The notes under the pieces are model-generated. The model was not told the origin of the DNA, did not search any database, and saw only the letters and a program-made list of their open reading frames with translations. The translations under genes and the position numbers were made by a program. From Candidatus Woesearchaeota archaeon (GTDB taxonomy: Archaea; Nanobdellota; Nanobdellia; Woesearchaeales; WAPY01), in NCBI GenBank assembly GCA_049700835.1, contig JBNAUL010000001.1, forward strand, positions 308,043 to 372,042: a stretch of 64,000 bases of DNA, given 5' to 3'. Each line of letters opens with the position of its first letter. The first letter of the stretch is position 1. This document shows, one piece after another, positions 53,467-62,363 of this stretch.

Positions 53467-53838
53467 TTATTTCTTATCTTTATCTTCTTTGTTATTACCT
53501 CTTTCTTTTTTAAAATCGCTCTCAAGCTTCATCTCAATTGCTTTTACAGGGCAAACATTAGCGCAAATTCCGCATCCTTTGCAATGCTCTAAATCAAAAC
53601 CTTTTACTCTATAAACAAACTTTTCATCCTTTTCAAGTATTATTGTTGATTCAGGGCAGTAAAGATAGCAGAGCATGCAGCCAATGCATTTTTCAGGATT
53701 AACAACAGGCCTGAATGTTCTCCAGCTTCCTGTTTCATAGTTTATGGAGTTCCCTGCTTCCTCTATAACTCCTCCAATCGGAATTTCCTTCCATGATTTT
53801 AATTTTGATTTTTCCTTTCTTGAACTTAGATTTTTCAT
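53467..53838 (-). CDS. porD: Pyruvate:ferredoxin oxidoreductase delta subunit (2x[4Fe-4S])
   Basis: TGSWRTFRP, CIGCMLCYLYCP, CKGCGICANVCP. Confidence 0.92.
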   Translation of the reverse strand: MKNLSSRKEKSKLKSWKEIPIGGVIEEAGNSINYETGSWRTFRPVVNPEKCIGCMLCYLYCPESTIILEKDEKFVYRVKGFDLEHCKGCGICANVCPVKAIEMKLESDFKKERGNNKEDKDKK

Positions 53839-53869
53839 TTTGATTTCTTGATTTTATTATTTTTATCAA

Positions 53870-54469
53870 TTAATTTTTAACTTCTTTTGTTTCATTGTAA
53901 GCAATTTCAAAAGCATCCTGATTCTTTTTAATCGCTTCTTCGCTTAATCTTGTTTTAAACTCATCCACTATAACTTCCTTTATCAAATCAATCTTAAATG
54001 CAGGAATTACTTTTGCAATTGCTCCAAGCATTGGAGTGTTTGGAATGTTCTTACCGATTGTTTTAAGGGCAATTCCTGAAGCGTCAACAAAAAAAATTCT
54101 TCCTTTAAAATTATTCAGTTCCTGCTTAAAGTTTTCATCCTTAGAATTAACAATTATAATCCCTTGGTTGCTTAAACCTTCGGTAACATCAATCGATTCT
54201 ATTAGAGTTGGGTCTAACAAAACAACAACATCAGGATTAGTGATTGGAGTGTGAACCCTTATTTCTTTATTGCTTATCCTTACAAAACTCTTTACAGGAG
54301 CTCCTGTTCTCTCTGCACCATACTCTGGAAACGCCTGAATGAAAAAACCAGATTCAAAAGCGACTGTTGCAAGAATCTCACCAGCACTTTTAGCTCCTAA
54401 ACCACCTCTTCCAATAAACTTTATCTCTAAAACTCCTTTCTTTCCAAAAATGTCAGAATTTGAAACCAT
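53870..54469 (-). CDS. porG: Pyruvate:ferredoxin oxidoreductase gamma subunit
   Basis: GRGGLG, FPEYGAERTGAP, PNTPMLGA; GAGGT RBS before ATG 54469. Confidence 0.9.
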   Translation of the reverse strand: MVSNSDIFGKKGVLEIKFIGRGGLGAKSAGEILATVAFESGFFIQAFPEYGAERTGAPVKSFVRISNKEIRVHTPITNPDVVVLLDPTLIESIDVTEGLSNQGIIIVNSKDENFKQELNNFKGRIFFVDASGIALKTIGKNIPNTPMLGAIAKVIPAFKIDLIKEVIVDEFKTRLSEEAIKKNQDAFEIAYNETKEVKN

Positions 54470-54744
54470 AAACTCTAAAACCTCTTTTTTGATTTTTTTT
54501 ATTAATAATGCAAAGTAGTATTTAAATTTTGCGTGTTGGGTTCTGTTAACATAATAGTATTTTACGAAGTTTTTAATATGGAAATTTGGATTGAGGAGGT
54601 GCAACCGAGCGAAACCGTTAAATCGCTGTTCATTTCTCCGAACGCAGTGAGGATTGAGTTTTAGTGCAACGTTGGGCGAAGCCCAAAAACTCAAAGTCGC
54701 GAGGGCGCCGACAAATTAATAAAGTTACAAACTTTATTGATATT

Positions 54745-55152
54745 ATGATAGATATTATTGTAAAGAAATCAAAAATTCATAGGTTAGGGGTATTCGCATC
54801 ACGTAATTTCAAAAAAGGAGAGATTGTCATAAAATGGGATACTTCTCATAAATTGACAAAAAGGGAGGTTGATAAATTACCTGAAGAAGAAAAGAGATAT
54901 ATTGTTTATCTTGATGGAAAATATATTTTAATGCAACCTCCCGCAAAATATGTTAATCATTCTTGTGATGCAAATACTTATTCGGACAATTTTTGCGACG
55001 TTGCTAAAAGAGATATTAGAAAAGGAGAAGAGATTACAGCAAACTATTCTGAAACAATGGCTCCTGATGAATATATGGAATGTAAATGTGGGAGCAAAAA
55101 TTGTAGAAAAATTATCAAAGCATATTCTAAGGCGCCCGAGCGATTGAAATGA
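54745..55152 (+). CDS. SET-domain protein (putative lysine methyltransferase) with post-SET Cys motif
   Basis: SKIHRLGVFA, YVNHSCDAN, GEEITANY, CKCGSKNCR. Confidence 0.9.
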   Translation: MIDIIVKKSKIHRLGVFASRNFKKGEIVIKWDTSHKLTKREVDKLPEEEKRYIVYLDGKYILMQPPAKYVNHSCDANTYSDNFCDVAKRDIRKGEEITANYSETMAPDEYMECKCGSKNCRKIIKAYSKAPERLK

Positions 55153-55344
55153 ACATATGCGCTTATACGCAGTTTTGCGTTAGCAAAATTGGGGTAGAGC
55201 CGAGCGGCAGAGCAGAGGCGGAACCGTATAAGCGCTGTTAAGTTCCTGCGAATACATGGAGCGACCGAGAGCCGAAGGCTCGGAGGAGTCACGAGCCAGC
55301 GCAAAAACGCAAAAATTATAAAACAATATGATTTAAGTTAAATT

Positions 55345-55440
55345 ATGGCATTAAGAATATGCTTAGTCGGAGCAGGGGACATTAAATTTCACTATTTTGA
55401 TTTGTTAAAAATTCCTAAAGACAGATTTTATCAACAATAA
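55345..55440 (+). pseudogene. Truncated 5' gene fragment abutting right TIR
   Basis: MALRICLVGAGDIKFHYFDLLKIPKDRFYQQ*; starts with a Rossmann-like GAG strand and stops exactly at the TIR. Confidence 0.45.
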
Positions 55441-55477
55441 GTTAACAGAACCGCGTGTTGTTATTTTCTATTGTTTT

Positions 55478-55834
55478 TTATTCACTATTATTTTTGCAAT
55501 TGCAACCTCTAAATTTATTTCTCAATCTTTTTCTTCTAAGACCTGTTATCCTAAAATTTCCGCCTTGAATTCTAATTGCTTTTCCATTTGTTAAAGCATC
55601 TGCTATCTTTTTTCTTGCTGACAATAAAATTCTGTTAAATGTTGGTTGGGAAATCTTCATTCTTTCAGCGCAGTCCTTTTGCTCTAAACCCTCAAAATCC
55701 TTCAATCTTATTGCTTCAAACTCTTCAACATTCAAGTTGATTTCTTCCAAAACACTTAAACTTATTCCTGCTGGTTTAAAGTAGGTTATTTCTGGATTAA
55801 ATGAAACACACCTACACTTTTCAGGCCTAACCAT
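55478..55834 (-). CDS. DUF134 (UPF0251) HTH DNA-binding protein
   Basis: MVRPEKCR...FKPAG...EFEAIRLKDFEGLEQ...MKISQPTF..ARKKIA. Confidence 0.88.
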   Translation of the reverse strand: MVRPEKCRCVSFNPEITYFKPAGISLSVLEEINLNVEEFEAIRLKDFEGLEQKDCAERMKISQPTFNRILLSARKKIADALTNGKAIRIQGGNFRITGLRRKRLRNKFRGCNCKNNSE

Positions 55835-56103
55835 AATCATAAAATTTTCATTGAATGTTTATAAATGTTTCTAAAATTCTTTTGATTGTTAAATTAAAAC
55901 AAAATTTAAATAAAAAATACTGCAGAATTTTACAAGTTTTAGCTTAAATAAAAGATTCTTGCAATTGCGTATGTTAAGTACATTAATATATAATCATAAA
56001 CTTAATAAAATGATAAATAATATCATAAAAATAAGTTAATAAAAAATAAATAAAAAATATTTTAAAAATATAAAAATAAAAAATTTCAGAGGAGAATTAT
56101 TAA

Positions 56104-56563
56104 ATGAAAACTCTAATAGCATATTATTCTAGATCTGGGCATACAAGAAAAGCAGCTGAAATCATGTCAAAAATCCTTGATGCAGAAATAGATGAAATAA
56201 TTGATAAAAAACTAAGATTAGGGATTTTTGGTTTTCTTTCTGCAGGGTATGACGTAACTTTTGGGAAAAAAACAGATATAAAATTTAAAAAAGACCCAAA
56301 GAAATACGATGTTGTAATAATAGGAACTCCTGTATGGAATGGCAGACTAACACCTGTGGTTAGGACATATTTGATTATGGAACCAAAAGAAAATAAGAGA
56401 GAGCGTCTTTTTTGTTACATGTGAACTAAAGCCTGGTAAATGTTTAGAGCAGATGAATGAACTTTTTAATAAAAAAGCAATTGCAGAAAAAGTATTTCTT
56501 AGAAACAAAATTGAAGAAGAGGCAAAAGCGTTTGCAGAAGAACTAAAGAAAAAGATAAAATAA
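56104..56563 (+). pseudogene. Flavodoxin-like gene with a frameshift near 56380
   Basis: YYSRSGHT, IIGTPVW in frame 1; continuation KKIRESVFFVTC...KAFAEELKKKIK* in the +1 frame to 56563. Confidence 0.7.
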
Positions 56564-56631
56564 GTAGTAATCAAGGATTAAACCCAAGTAAGCTGAACTG
56601 TGATGCCTTAAAATGAAAATTAAGCACAAGC

Positions 56632-57352
56632 ATTAAAATGTTTGGCTGTTTGGCAGTTCGTAAAATTTGTTTTTATATTAGATTTANNNNNNNNNNNNNN
56701 NNNNNNNNNNNNNNNNNNNNNNNNNNNNNNNNNNNNNNNNNNNNNNNNNNNNNNNNNNNNNNNNNNNNNNNNNNNNNNNNNNNNNNTAAACATTTATATT
56801 CTTAAGAATATATGTTTCTGCACTTTGAGCATTTTGCAAAAATTAAAATGTTTGGCTGTTTGGCAGTTCGTAAAATTTGTTTTTATATTAGATTTAAGAT
56901 GCAATGCACGTATAAGCTAAATAAAGTTACGCAATATAAAATTGCAAAAAATAAAAAAAGAAAAAAAATAAAAACTTATTTGTTTTATTTTTTGATGTCT
57001 TCAAGCGCTCTTTCTAAGAATTTCTTGTATTCGTCTATTCTTTTAATTTCTGCTTCTAAAAAACCCTTCTTTAAATCCTTATCTTGAACGAATTCATCGC
57101 TGAACATATATGCTCCTCTTCTAAATCCGTATCCAAATCCACAACCTCTTCCATAACGTCCGTATCCATACCCACATCCTAACCCCAAGGGGCCTGTTCC
57201 ATCTCCGAAAGGCATTTTTTTCACCTCCACAAGTTTTTTAAATTTTATTTTGAATTTATATTCATAATATTATAAATAAATATTCATAACTTATATTTAA
57301 ACATTTATATTCTTAAGAATATATGTTTCTGCACTTTGAGCATTTTGCAAAA
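56632..57352. repeat. Probable tandem duplication of a 511-bp unit (56842-57352) collapsed into gap 56687-56786
   Basis: 56632-56686 = 56842-56896 and 56787-56841 = 57298-57352, both exactly 55 bp. Confidence 0.6.
56985..57215 (-). CDS. DUF5320-family small Gly-rich protein
   Basis: GGAGGTGA RBS, MPFGDGTGPLG...GRGCGFGYGFRR, C-terminal coiled coil. Confidence 0.8.
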   Translation of the reverse strand: MPFGDGTGPLGLGCGYGYGRYGRGCGFGYGFRRGAYMFSDEFVQDKDLKKGFLEAEIKRIDEYKKFLERALEDIKK

Positions 57353-57411
57353 TCAATTAAAAAACAGGCAAAAGGCAAAGTTTAAAAACACGGCATCTAT
57401 TTTCTTTTTTA

Positions 57412-58467
57412 ATGGCAATAACAAAGGAAGAATTGGTAAAGATAAGGAACTATCTTGATGAAGCAACTAGGCCGATATACTTTTTTGATGATGATCCAGA
57501 TGGGCTAAGCAGTTTTCTCCTGTTTTATAGATACAAAAAGAGTGGAAAGGGAATAGTGATAAAATCAAGCCCTGTTTTAGAGCAGGAATACGCATCAAAG
57601 GTGAATGAATACTATGCTGATACTGTCTTTGTTCTTGATAAGCCAATAACTTCTCAGGAATTCATTGATGCATGCCTTCCAAGCAAAATAGTAATAATAG
57701 ACCATCACGAGCCCATAAATCTGAATAACGCGTTATATTTCAATCCAAGAATTGAAAACAATAAGGATAACAGGCCAGTAAGTTACTGGTGCTACATGAC
57801 AATTAAACAGGACTTGTGGATTGCAATGACAGGAATGATTGGAGATTGGTTCTTACCAAAAAAGCTTAGAGAAAGATTTTCAAGGGAGCACCCTGAACTC
57901 TTGCCTGCAGATATAAAAAAGCCAGAAGATGCTCTCTACAAGACGAAATTAGGAGTACTAAGCAAAATTTTCAGCTTTATTCTAAAAGGAAAAACAACAG
58001 AGGTAATGAAAGCAGTTAAAATACTGACAAGAATAGAAGACCCAAATGAAATCCTAAACCAAGAAACCCCGAGAGGAAAATTCATCTATAAAAAATACCT
58101 TAAGGTTAATGCGGAATATAACTACCTTTTGAAACAAATACTAAAAAAGGATAAGAATGAGGAAATAATTGTTTTCACATATCCTGGAAAGAAGATGAGT
58201 TTTACAGGAGAATTAAGTAACGAAATTCTGTACAGATTTCCAAACAAAATAAATATTATTGGGAGGGTTAAGTCAGGAGAAGTAAAATGCAGCATCAGGG
58301 CTTCAAAACATAATCTTCCTGAAATAATAAAAAAATCATTTGTAGGAGTAAGAGGATATGGTGGCGGGCACTTGCACGCATGCGGGGCTTCTATAAAAGA
58401 AGAGGACTTTCCTCTATTTGTTAAAAAATTTAAAGAGAATATTCTTGTTTCTAAAAAGCAGGTTTAA
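57412..58467 (+). CDS. DHH-family phosphoesterase (NrnA/RecJ-like)
   Basis: DDDPDG, VLD, IDHH, GMIGD, SIR, GGGHLHACG. Confidence 0.88.
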   Translation: MAITKEELVKIRNYLDEATRPIYFFDDDPDGLSSFLLFYRYKKSGKGIVIKSSPVLEQEYASKVNEYYADTVFVLDKPITSQEFIDACLPSKIVIIDHHEPINLNNALYFNPRIENNKDNRPVSYWCYMTIKQDLWIAMTGMIGDWFLPKKLRERFSREHPELLPADIKKPEDALYKTKLGVLSKIFSFILKGKTTEVMKAVKILTRIEDPNEILNQETPRGKFIYKKYLKVNAEYNYLLKQILKKDKNEEIIVFTYPGKKMSFTGELSNEILYRFPNKINIIGRVKSGEVKCSIRASKHNLPEIIKKSFVGVRGYGGGHLHACGASIKEEDFPLFVKKFKENILVSKKQV

Positions 58468-58505
58468 TTTGGCAAATTGAAATTCATTATAAATTTTATT
58501 AACAT

Positions 58506-58618
58506 TTTCCTATTTAATAAGAAACATGCAATAATATATACTAGAACTTATACTAGAACTTCTCTTATTTAATAGGAAATTATATAAAAAATCTTATATA
58601 ATAGGAAAAATTTAAATA
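58506..58618 (+). promoter_or_regulatory. Three imperfect palindromic operator-like sites and a TATA box
   Basis: TTTCCTATTTAATAAGAAA (58506-58524), TCTCTTATTTAATAGGAAA (58561-58579), TCTTATATAATAGGAAA (58592-58608), TTTAAATA (58611-58618). Confidence 0.45.
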
Positions 58619-58709
58619 CTAATTATTATTTAGTAAGAATATTATGCTGTCTGCATTAAACTGATTTTGCGAGCAATTTGCGAGCAAGCGAACGAGCAGG
58701 TGATAAAAA

Positions 58710-59261
58710 ATCAGAGAAAAAAGGAATTTTGAAGAGGAAAAAAGTAATTTCCTGCAGGTTTTAAAACTCACAGTTCAAATCCTGAAAAAGAATTACAATC
58801 TAACTGATTCTGAAATAATTGGATTGATAGAACAAAAACATGCTGATAGAGAAGATTTGCTGAATGAAAAAATTGAAATTCCCATAGAAGCATTTTCAAA
58901 GAAGTTAGGAATTTTGGAGAGCGTTGTAAAATACCTAAAAGAAAATGTAAACTTAAAAAACAAAGAGATTTCAAAACTAATTTCAAGGTCGCAAAAAACA
59001 ATTTGGAGTTCTTACAATTCTGCTTTGAAAAAACAGTCCTCAAAATTAATGGCTACCAAGGATTCAAAGATTAGAATTCCAATAATCGTTTTTTCTTCAA
59101 ATGAATTAGGAGCTTTGGAATCATTAGTTCTTTACTTAAATAAGAATGGATTCTCTGTAAATGAAATTTCCTCAATGCTTGAGCGCAATTACAAGACAAT
59201 ATACTCAACCCTAAACAATGCTATCAAAAAAACAGGAACAAAAGATGAGAATTCAAAATAA
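58710..59261 (+). CDS. Tandem HTH DNA-binding protein; possible ATC start
   Basis: Two IP..(A/V)FS..LG.LES.V.YL....EIS....R..KTI repeats; the frame is open from 58707 with AGGTGA RBS 6 nt before ATC 58710. Confidence 0.7.
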   Translation: MREKRNFEEEKSNFLQVLKLTVQILKKNYNLTDSEIIGLIEQKHADREDLLNEKIEIPIEAFSKKLGILESVVKYLKENVNLKNKEISKLISRSQKTIWSSYNSALKKQSSKLMATKDSKIRIPIIVFSSNELGALESLVLYLNKNGFSVNEISSMLERNYKTIYSTLNNAIKKTGTKDENSK

Positions 59262-60012
59262 AAATTCAATCAGGAACCTGAACAGAATACTTGAAATTGT
59301 GATATTCATTGCTATCTTATTATTCCTGCAACTGATTGCAATAGAGACAAGAGCAGCATACTCTGTTCCAGCAGGCCCAAATCTCCTTTACAATTACACA
59401 GAAATCCCAACTCCTCAATCAGCGTTGATTGTAAACACCTCTGGAGGAACAATAACAACAATGAATTTGTTTGGAATAACTCAAAATCCTCACTGGAAAG
59501 CATATGTCGGTAATGTCTCAGGAAAATTGGCTCTGCAGGACGCAAGCACTTACACAATATATGACTGGGCAATATCAAGAGTGAGCGGAGAGGTCTATGC
59601 AACAAGGAATTCGGTAACTCCTTCTTGGACAAACATAAGGTGCGCGAATTCCTCTGAACTGTCTTCAGAAGAGACATTCTTCAACATGAGTTCTGCGGAT
59701 GACGACAGCATATCAAAGACATTTAACTCAACAACGCACAAATCGTTCTTTGTAGGAACAAAACCAATATCAAGCAGCACATGCTTTGCAACATACACTT
59801 ACATACAGAACCAGTCCCAAAGTCCAAGCGAAGAGGCAAAATTCCAAGAAATAATACTTAGTGATGGAGCAAATTTAATCTTTGCAACCTTGCTTGAAAA
59901 CAAGAGTGTTGGTTTTAACAATCAAACATACGACTTTCAGATGCTCTTACCAGAATCAAAGCTACTATCAGCGCCAAACACAGCATACTACTTTTATTTA
60001 GAACTGACTTAA
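59245..60012 (+). CDS. Secreted subunit, family A
   Basis: Signal peptide; GGTITTMNL...WKAYVGNVSG...IYDW...GEVYATR...AYYFYLELT. Confidence 0.8.
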   Translation: MRIQNKNSIRNLNRILEIVIFIAILLFLQLIAIETRAAYSVPAGPNLLYNYTEIPTPQSALIVNTSGGTITTMNLFGITQNPHWKAYVGNVSGKLALQDASTYTIYDWAISRVSGEVYATRNSVTPSWTNIRCANSSELSSEETFFNMSSADDDSISKTFNSTTHKSFFVGTKPISSSTCFATYTYIQNQSQSPSEEAKFQEIILSDGANLIFATLLENKSVGFNNQTYDFQMLLPESKLLSAPNTAYYFYLELT

Positions 60013-60104
60013 GGAATTGGATTAAAAGGTTTTGAATAAAAAGATAATTCAAAAAATTTAATTCAAAAAATGAAAAATTGAAATTGAAAAAGGAGGTTGA
60101 GAAC

Positions 60105-61298
60105 ATGAAAATACTTGTTTTAAATGCAGGTAGCAGTTCTTTGAAGTATCAGTTGATTGACACATCCCAAAGGAAGGCGTTAATAAACGGCATAGTGGAT
60201 GCAATTTCTCTGAAAAATTCATACGTGACTGCAAATTTCAATGGAAGAGAAATAACAAAAAAGATAAGAGTGAAAAATCATGAGGAAGCAATAAAAATCT
60301 GCTTGAACACAATAATTGAAAGCAGGGTTGTAAAGGATATATCTGAGATAGAAGCAGTGGCGCATAGGGTAGTACATGGTGGTCTGAAATACAACAAACC
60401 AACATTGATAAACAACAAAGTAATAAGAACTCTTGAAATGGTTTCTGATTTGGCTCCTCTGCACAATCCTCCAAACATTTTATGCATAAAAATTTCAAAG
60501 AAAATTTTAAGAGTAAAACACATAGCAATCTTTGACACTGCATTTCATAGCACAATTCCAGAGAAGGCATTTTTTTACGCGCTTCCAATGGATTTCTACA
60601 AAAGATATGGAATACGAAGATTTGGTTTTCACGGAACAAGCCATTCTTATGTTAGCAAGGAAGCAATAAGAATTTTAAATGAGACGGGTTTGAAATCTGA
60701 AAAAATAATAACATGCCATGTTGGTAATGGAGTTTCAATAACAGCAGTGCTGAATGGAAAATCAGTGGACACTACAATGGGGTTCACGCCATTAGAAGGT
60801 GTTCCAATGGGAACAAGGAGTGGCTCAATAGACCCTGGAATAATCTTCTATCTCATGAAAAAGGGATATTCTTACAAGGAACTGGAGAGAATTTTAAACA
60901 AGGAATCAGGACTCTATGGAATTTCAGGAATAAGCTCTGACATGAGGGTTATCAGGGAAGCGATGTTAAAGAACAATAAAAAAGGAGAATTGGCTAAATT
61001 GGCATTTGAAATACAAGCATACAGTATCGGAAAGGCAATAGCTGGCTATGGTGCTGTTCTGAACGGCATTGATGCGATTGTTTTCACAGGAGGGATTGGA
61101 GAAAATGCTTATTATTTCAGAGAGAAGGTTTGCGGAATGCTAAATTTCATAGGAGTGGAGATTGACGATCAAAAAAACAAGAATAACGAATTGTTTGTTT
61201 CAAAAGATAATTCCTTGCCTGTGTTGGTTATAAAAACAAATGAGGAACTGGAAATGGCTTTGGAAGCAGAAGAAGTTCTTAGGAACATTGTTATTTAA
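60105..61298 (+). CDS. ackA: Acetate kinase
   Basis: LVLNAGSSSLK, HRVVHGG, APLHNP, FDTAFH, GFHGTSH, MGTRSG, FTGGIGEN, TNEE. Confidence 0.95.
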   Translation: MKILVLNAGSSSLKYQLIDTSQRKALINGIVDAISLKNSYVTANFNGREITKKIRVKNHEEAIKICLNTIIESRVVKDISEIEAVAHRVVHGGLKYNKPTLINNKVIRTLEMVSDLAPLHNPPNILCIKISKKILRVKHIAIFDTAFHSTIPEKAFFYALPMDFYKRYGIRRFGFHGTSHSYVSKEAIRILNETGLKSEKIITCHVGNGVSITAVLNGKSVDTTMGFTPLEGVPMGTRSGSIDPGIIFYLMKKGYSYKELERILNKESGLYGISGISSDMRVIREAMLKNNKKGELAKLAFEIQAYSIGKAIAGYGAVLNGIDAIVFTGGIGENAYYFREKVCGMLNFIGVEIDDQKNKNNELFVSKDNSLPVLVIKTNEELEMALEAEEVLRNIVI

Positions 61299-61365
61299 TG
61301 ACTTTATATTGAGTTTTATACTTTTATTTGTAATTTTATTTATACTTTTATTTTATATTAATCTT

Positions 61366-61593
61366 TTACTTTTGCTCTGTTATCCTTATTATTTTATGCC
61401 TTGATTTTATTCCTCTGATTATTTTTACAGAGGATTTGCTCACATTGAAGTGTCTTGAAATGAGTTCTATTAGCTTCTTATTGGCCTTTCCTAAAATCGG
61501 CTTCTCGTTCAGATGAACAGTGAATGCATTCTTTTTCTCCTGCTTTACAGAATCCTCTTTTGCATTGGTTATAACTTTTACATTTACCTCCAT
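61366..61593 (-). CDS. DUF167 / YggU (UPF0235) protein
   Basis: VKVITNAK...P..GKANKKLI......V.II.G.KSRHK. Confidence 0.85.
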   Translation of the reverse strand: MEVNVKVITNAKEDSVKQEKKNAFTVHLNEKPILGKANKKLIELISRHFNVSKSSVKIIRGIKSRHKIIRITEQK

Positions 61594-61894
61594 AAATCTT
61601 TATGTGAATAAAGAATTTAAAATATTTTTGCTTTGAAAACGCATTCTTATTCTTAAGTTTAGTTAAATTGATTTTTAATTAAATTTAGTAACTCATTTAA
61701 TTTATTTAACAAAATAAACGAAAGATTTAAATATAAGAGTATTTTAGTATATTTAAAACATAATAAAGTATACTAATTTAATAATTAAATTATAAACAAT
61801 ATTGATATATTTTTGTTATTAAAAAAGAGATTAAAACATAGCAAAACAGAGCAAAGAAAAACAAAACATAAGAGCAAAAGGGCAGAGGGAAAAA

Positions 61895-62242
61895 ATGAAT
61901 TTGGAAACCCTGTTCAGCGGTTCAAAGTGGGATATCATAAAAAAACTTTCAGAGAGGAGATATTCCCCTTTTGAACTTTCGAGAGAGCTTAACACAACGG
62001 TAGCAAACATTAGTCAACAGCTAAAAATCCTTGAGATGTTAGGAATAATAAAGAGGGAAAAGGCAGAAAATCACAACGAAAAGGGCAAACCAAAGACAAG
62101 ATTTGCTCTGGCAGACGATTTTGCATACATAATACTACTTTCAAGAGACGCTGCTGACAAGAAACTCTTGAAACTCAATCCAAAACAAGCAGATTACTTC
62201 AAAAATCTCATGCTCTTGGAAAAAAGCAACATTGAATCATGA
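61895..62242 (+). CDS. ArsR-like winged-helix regulator
   Basis: KWDIIKKLS..SPFELSRELNTTVANISQQLKILE..GII...KGKP. Confidence 0.8.
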   Translation: MNLETLFSGSKWDIIKKLSERRYSPFELSRELNTTVANISQQLKILEMLGIIKREKAENHNEKGKPKTRFALADDFAYIILLSRDAADKKLLKLNPKQADYFKNLMLLEKSNIES

Positions 62243-62363
62243 GAGATAGGTAATACAAAAACTTTTACCCATCATTATAATCATTATAAAATTCGCGCTC
62301 TTGCTTTTCAACAAGCAAAGCAAAACAAGCAAATAAAAAACAAGCAAGCGAGGTGAAAATAGA

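Larger units (their letters stand above)
54539..55452. mobile_element. 914-bp non-autonomous element with IS6-like terminal inverted repeats and 8-bp target-site duplication
   Basis: TIR GGTTCTGTTAAC (54539-54550) / GTTAACAGAACC (55441-55452); direct repeat GCGTGTTG at 54531-54538 and 55453-55460; no transposase inside. Confidence 0.8.

Noticed and set aside
54470..54744. N-terminal extensions of porG (to 54694) and SET (from 54664) in the ORF track
   Set aside because: They run through the promoter, TIR and hairpins; better starts are 54469 (with RBS) and 54745.
54560..55320. tRNA or ncRNA in the GC-rich islands
   Set aside because: No cloverleaf or T-loop consensus; better explained as recombination-site-like palindromes.
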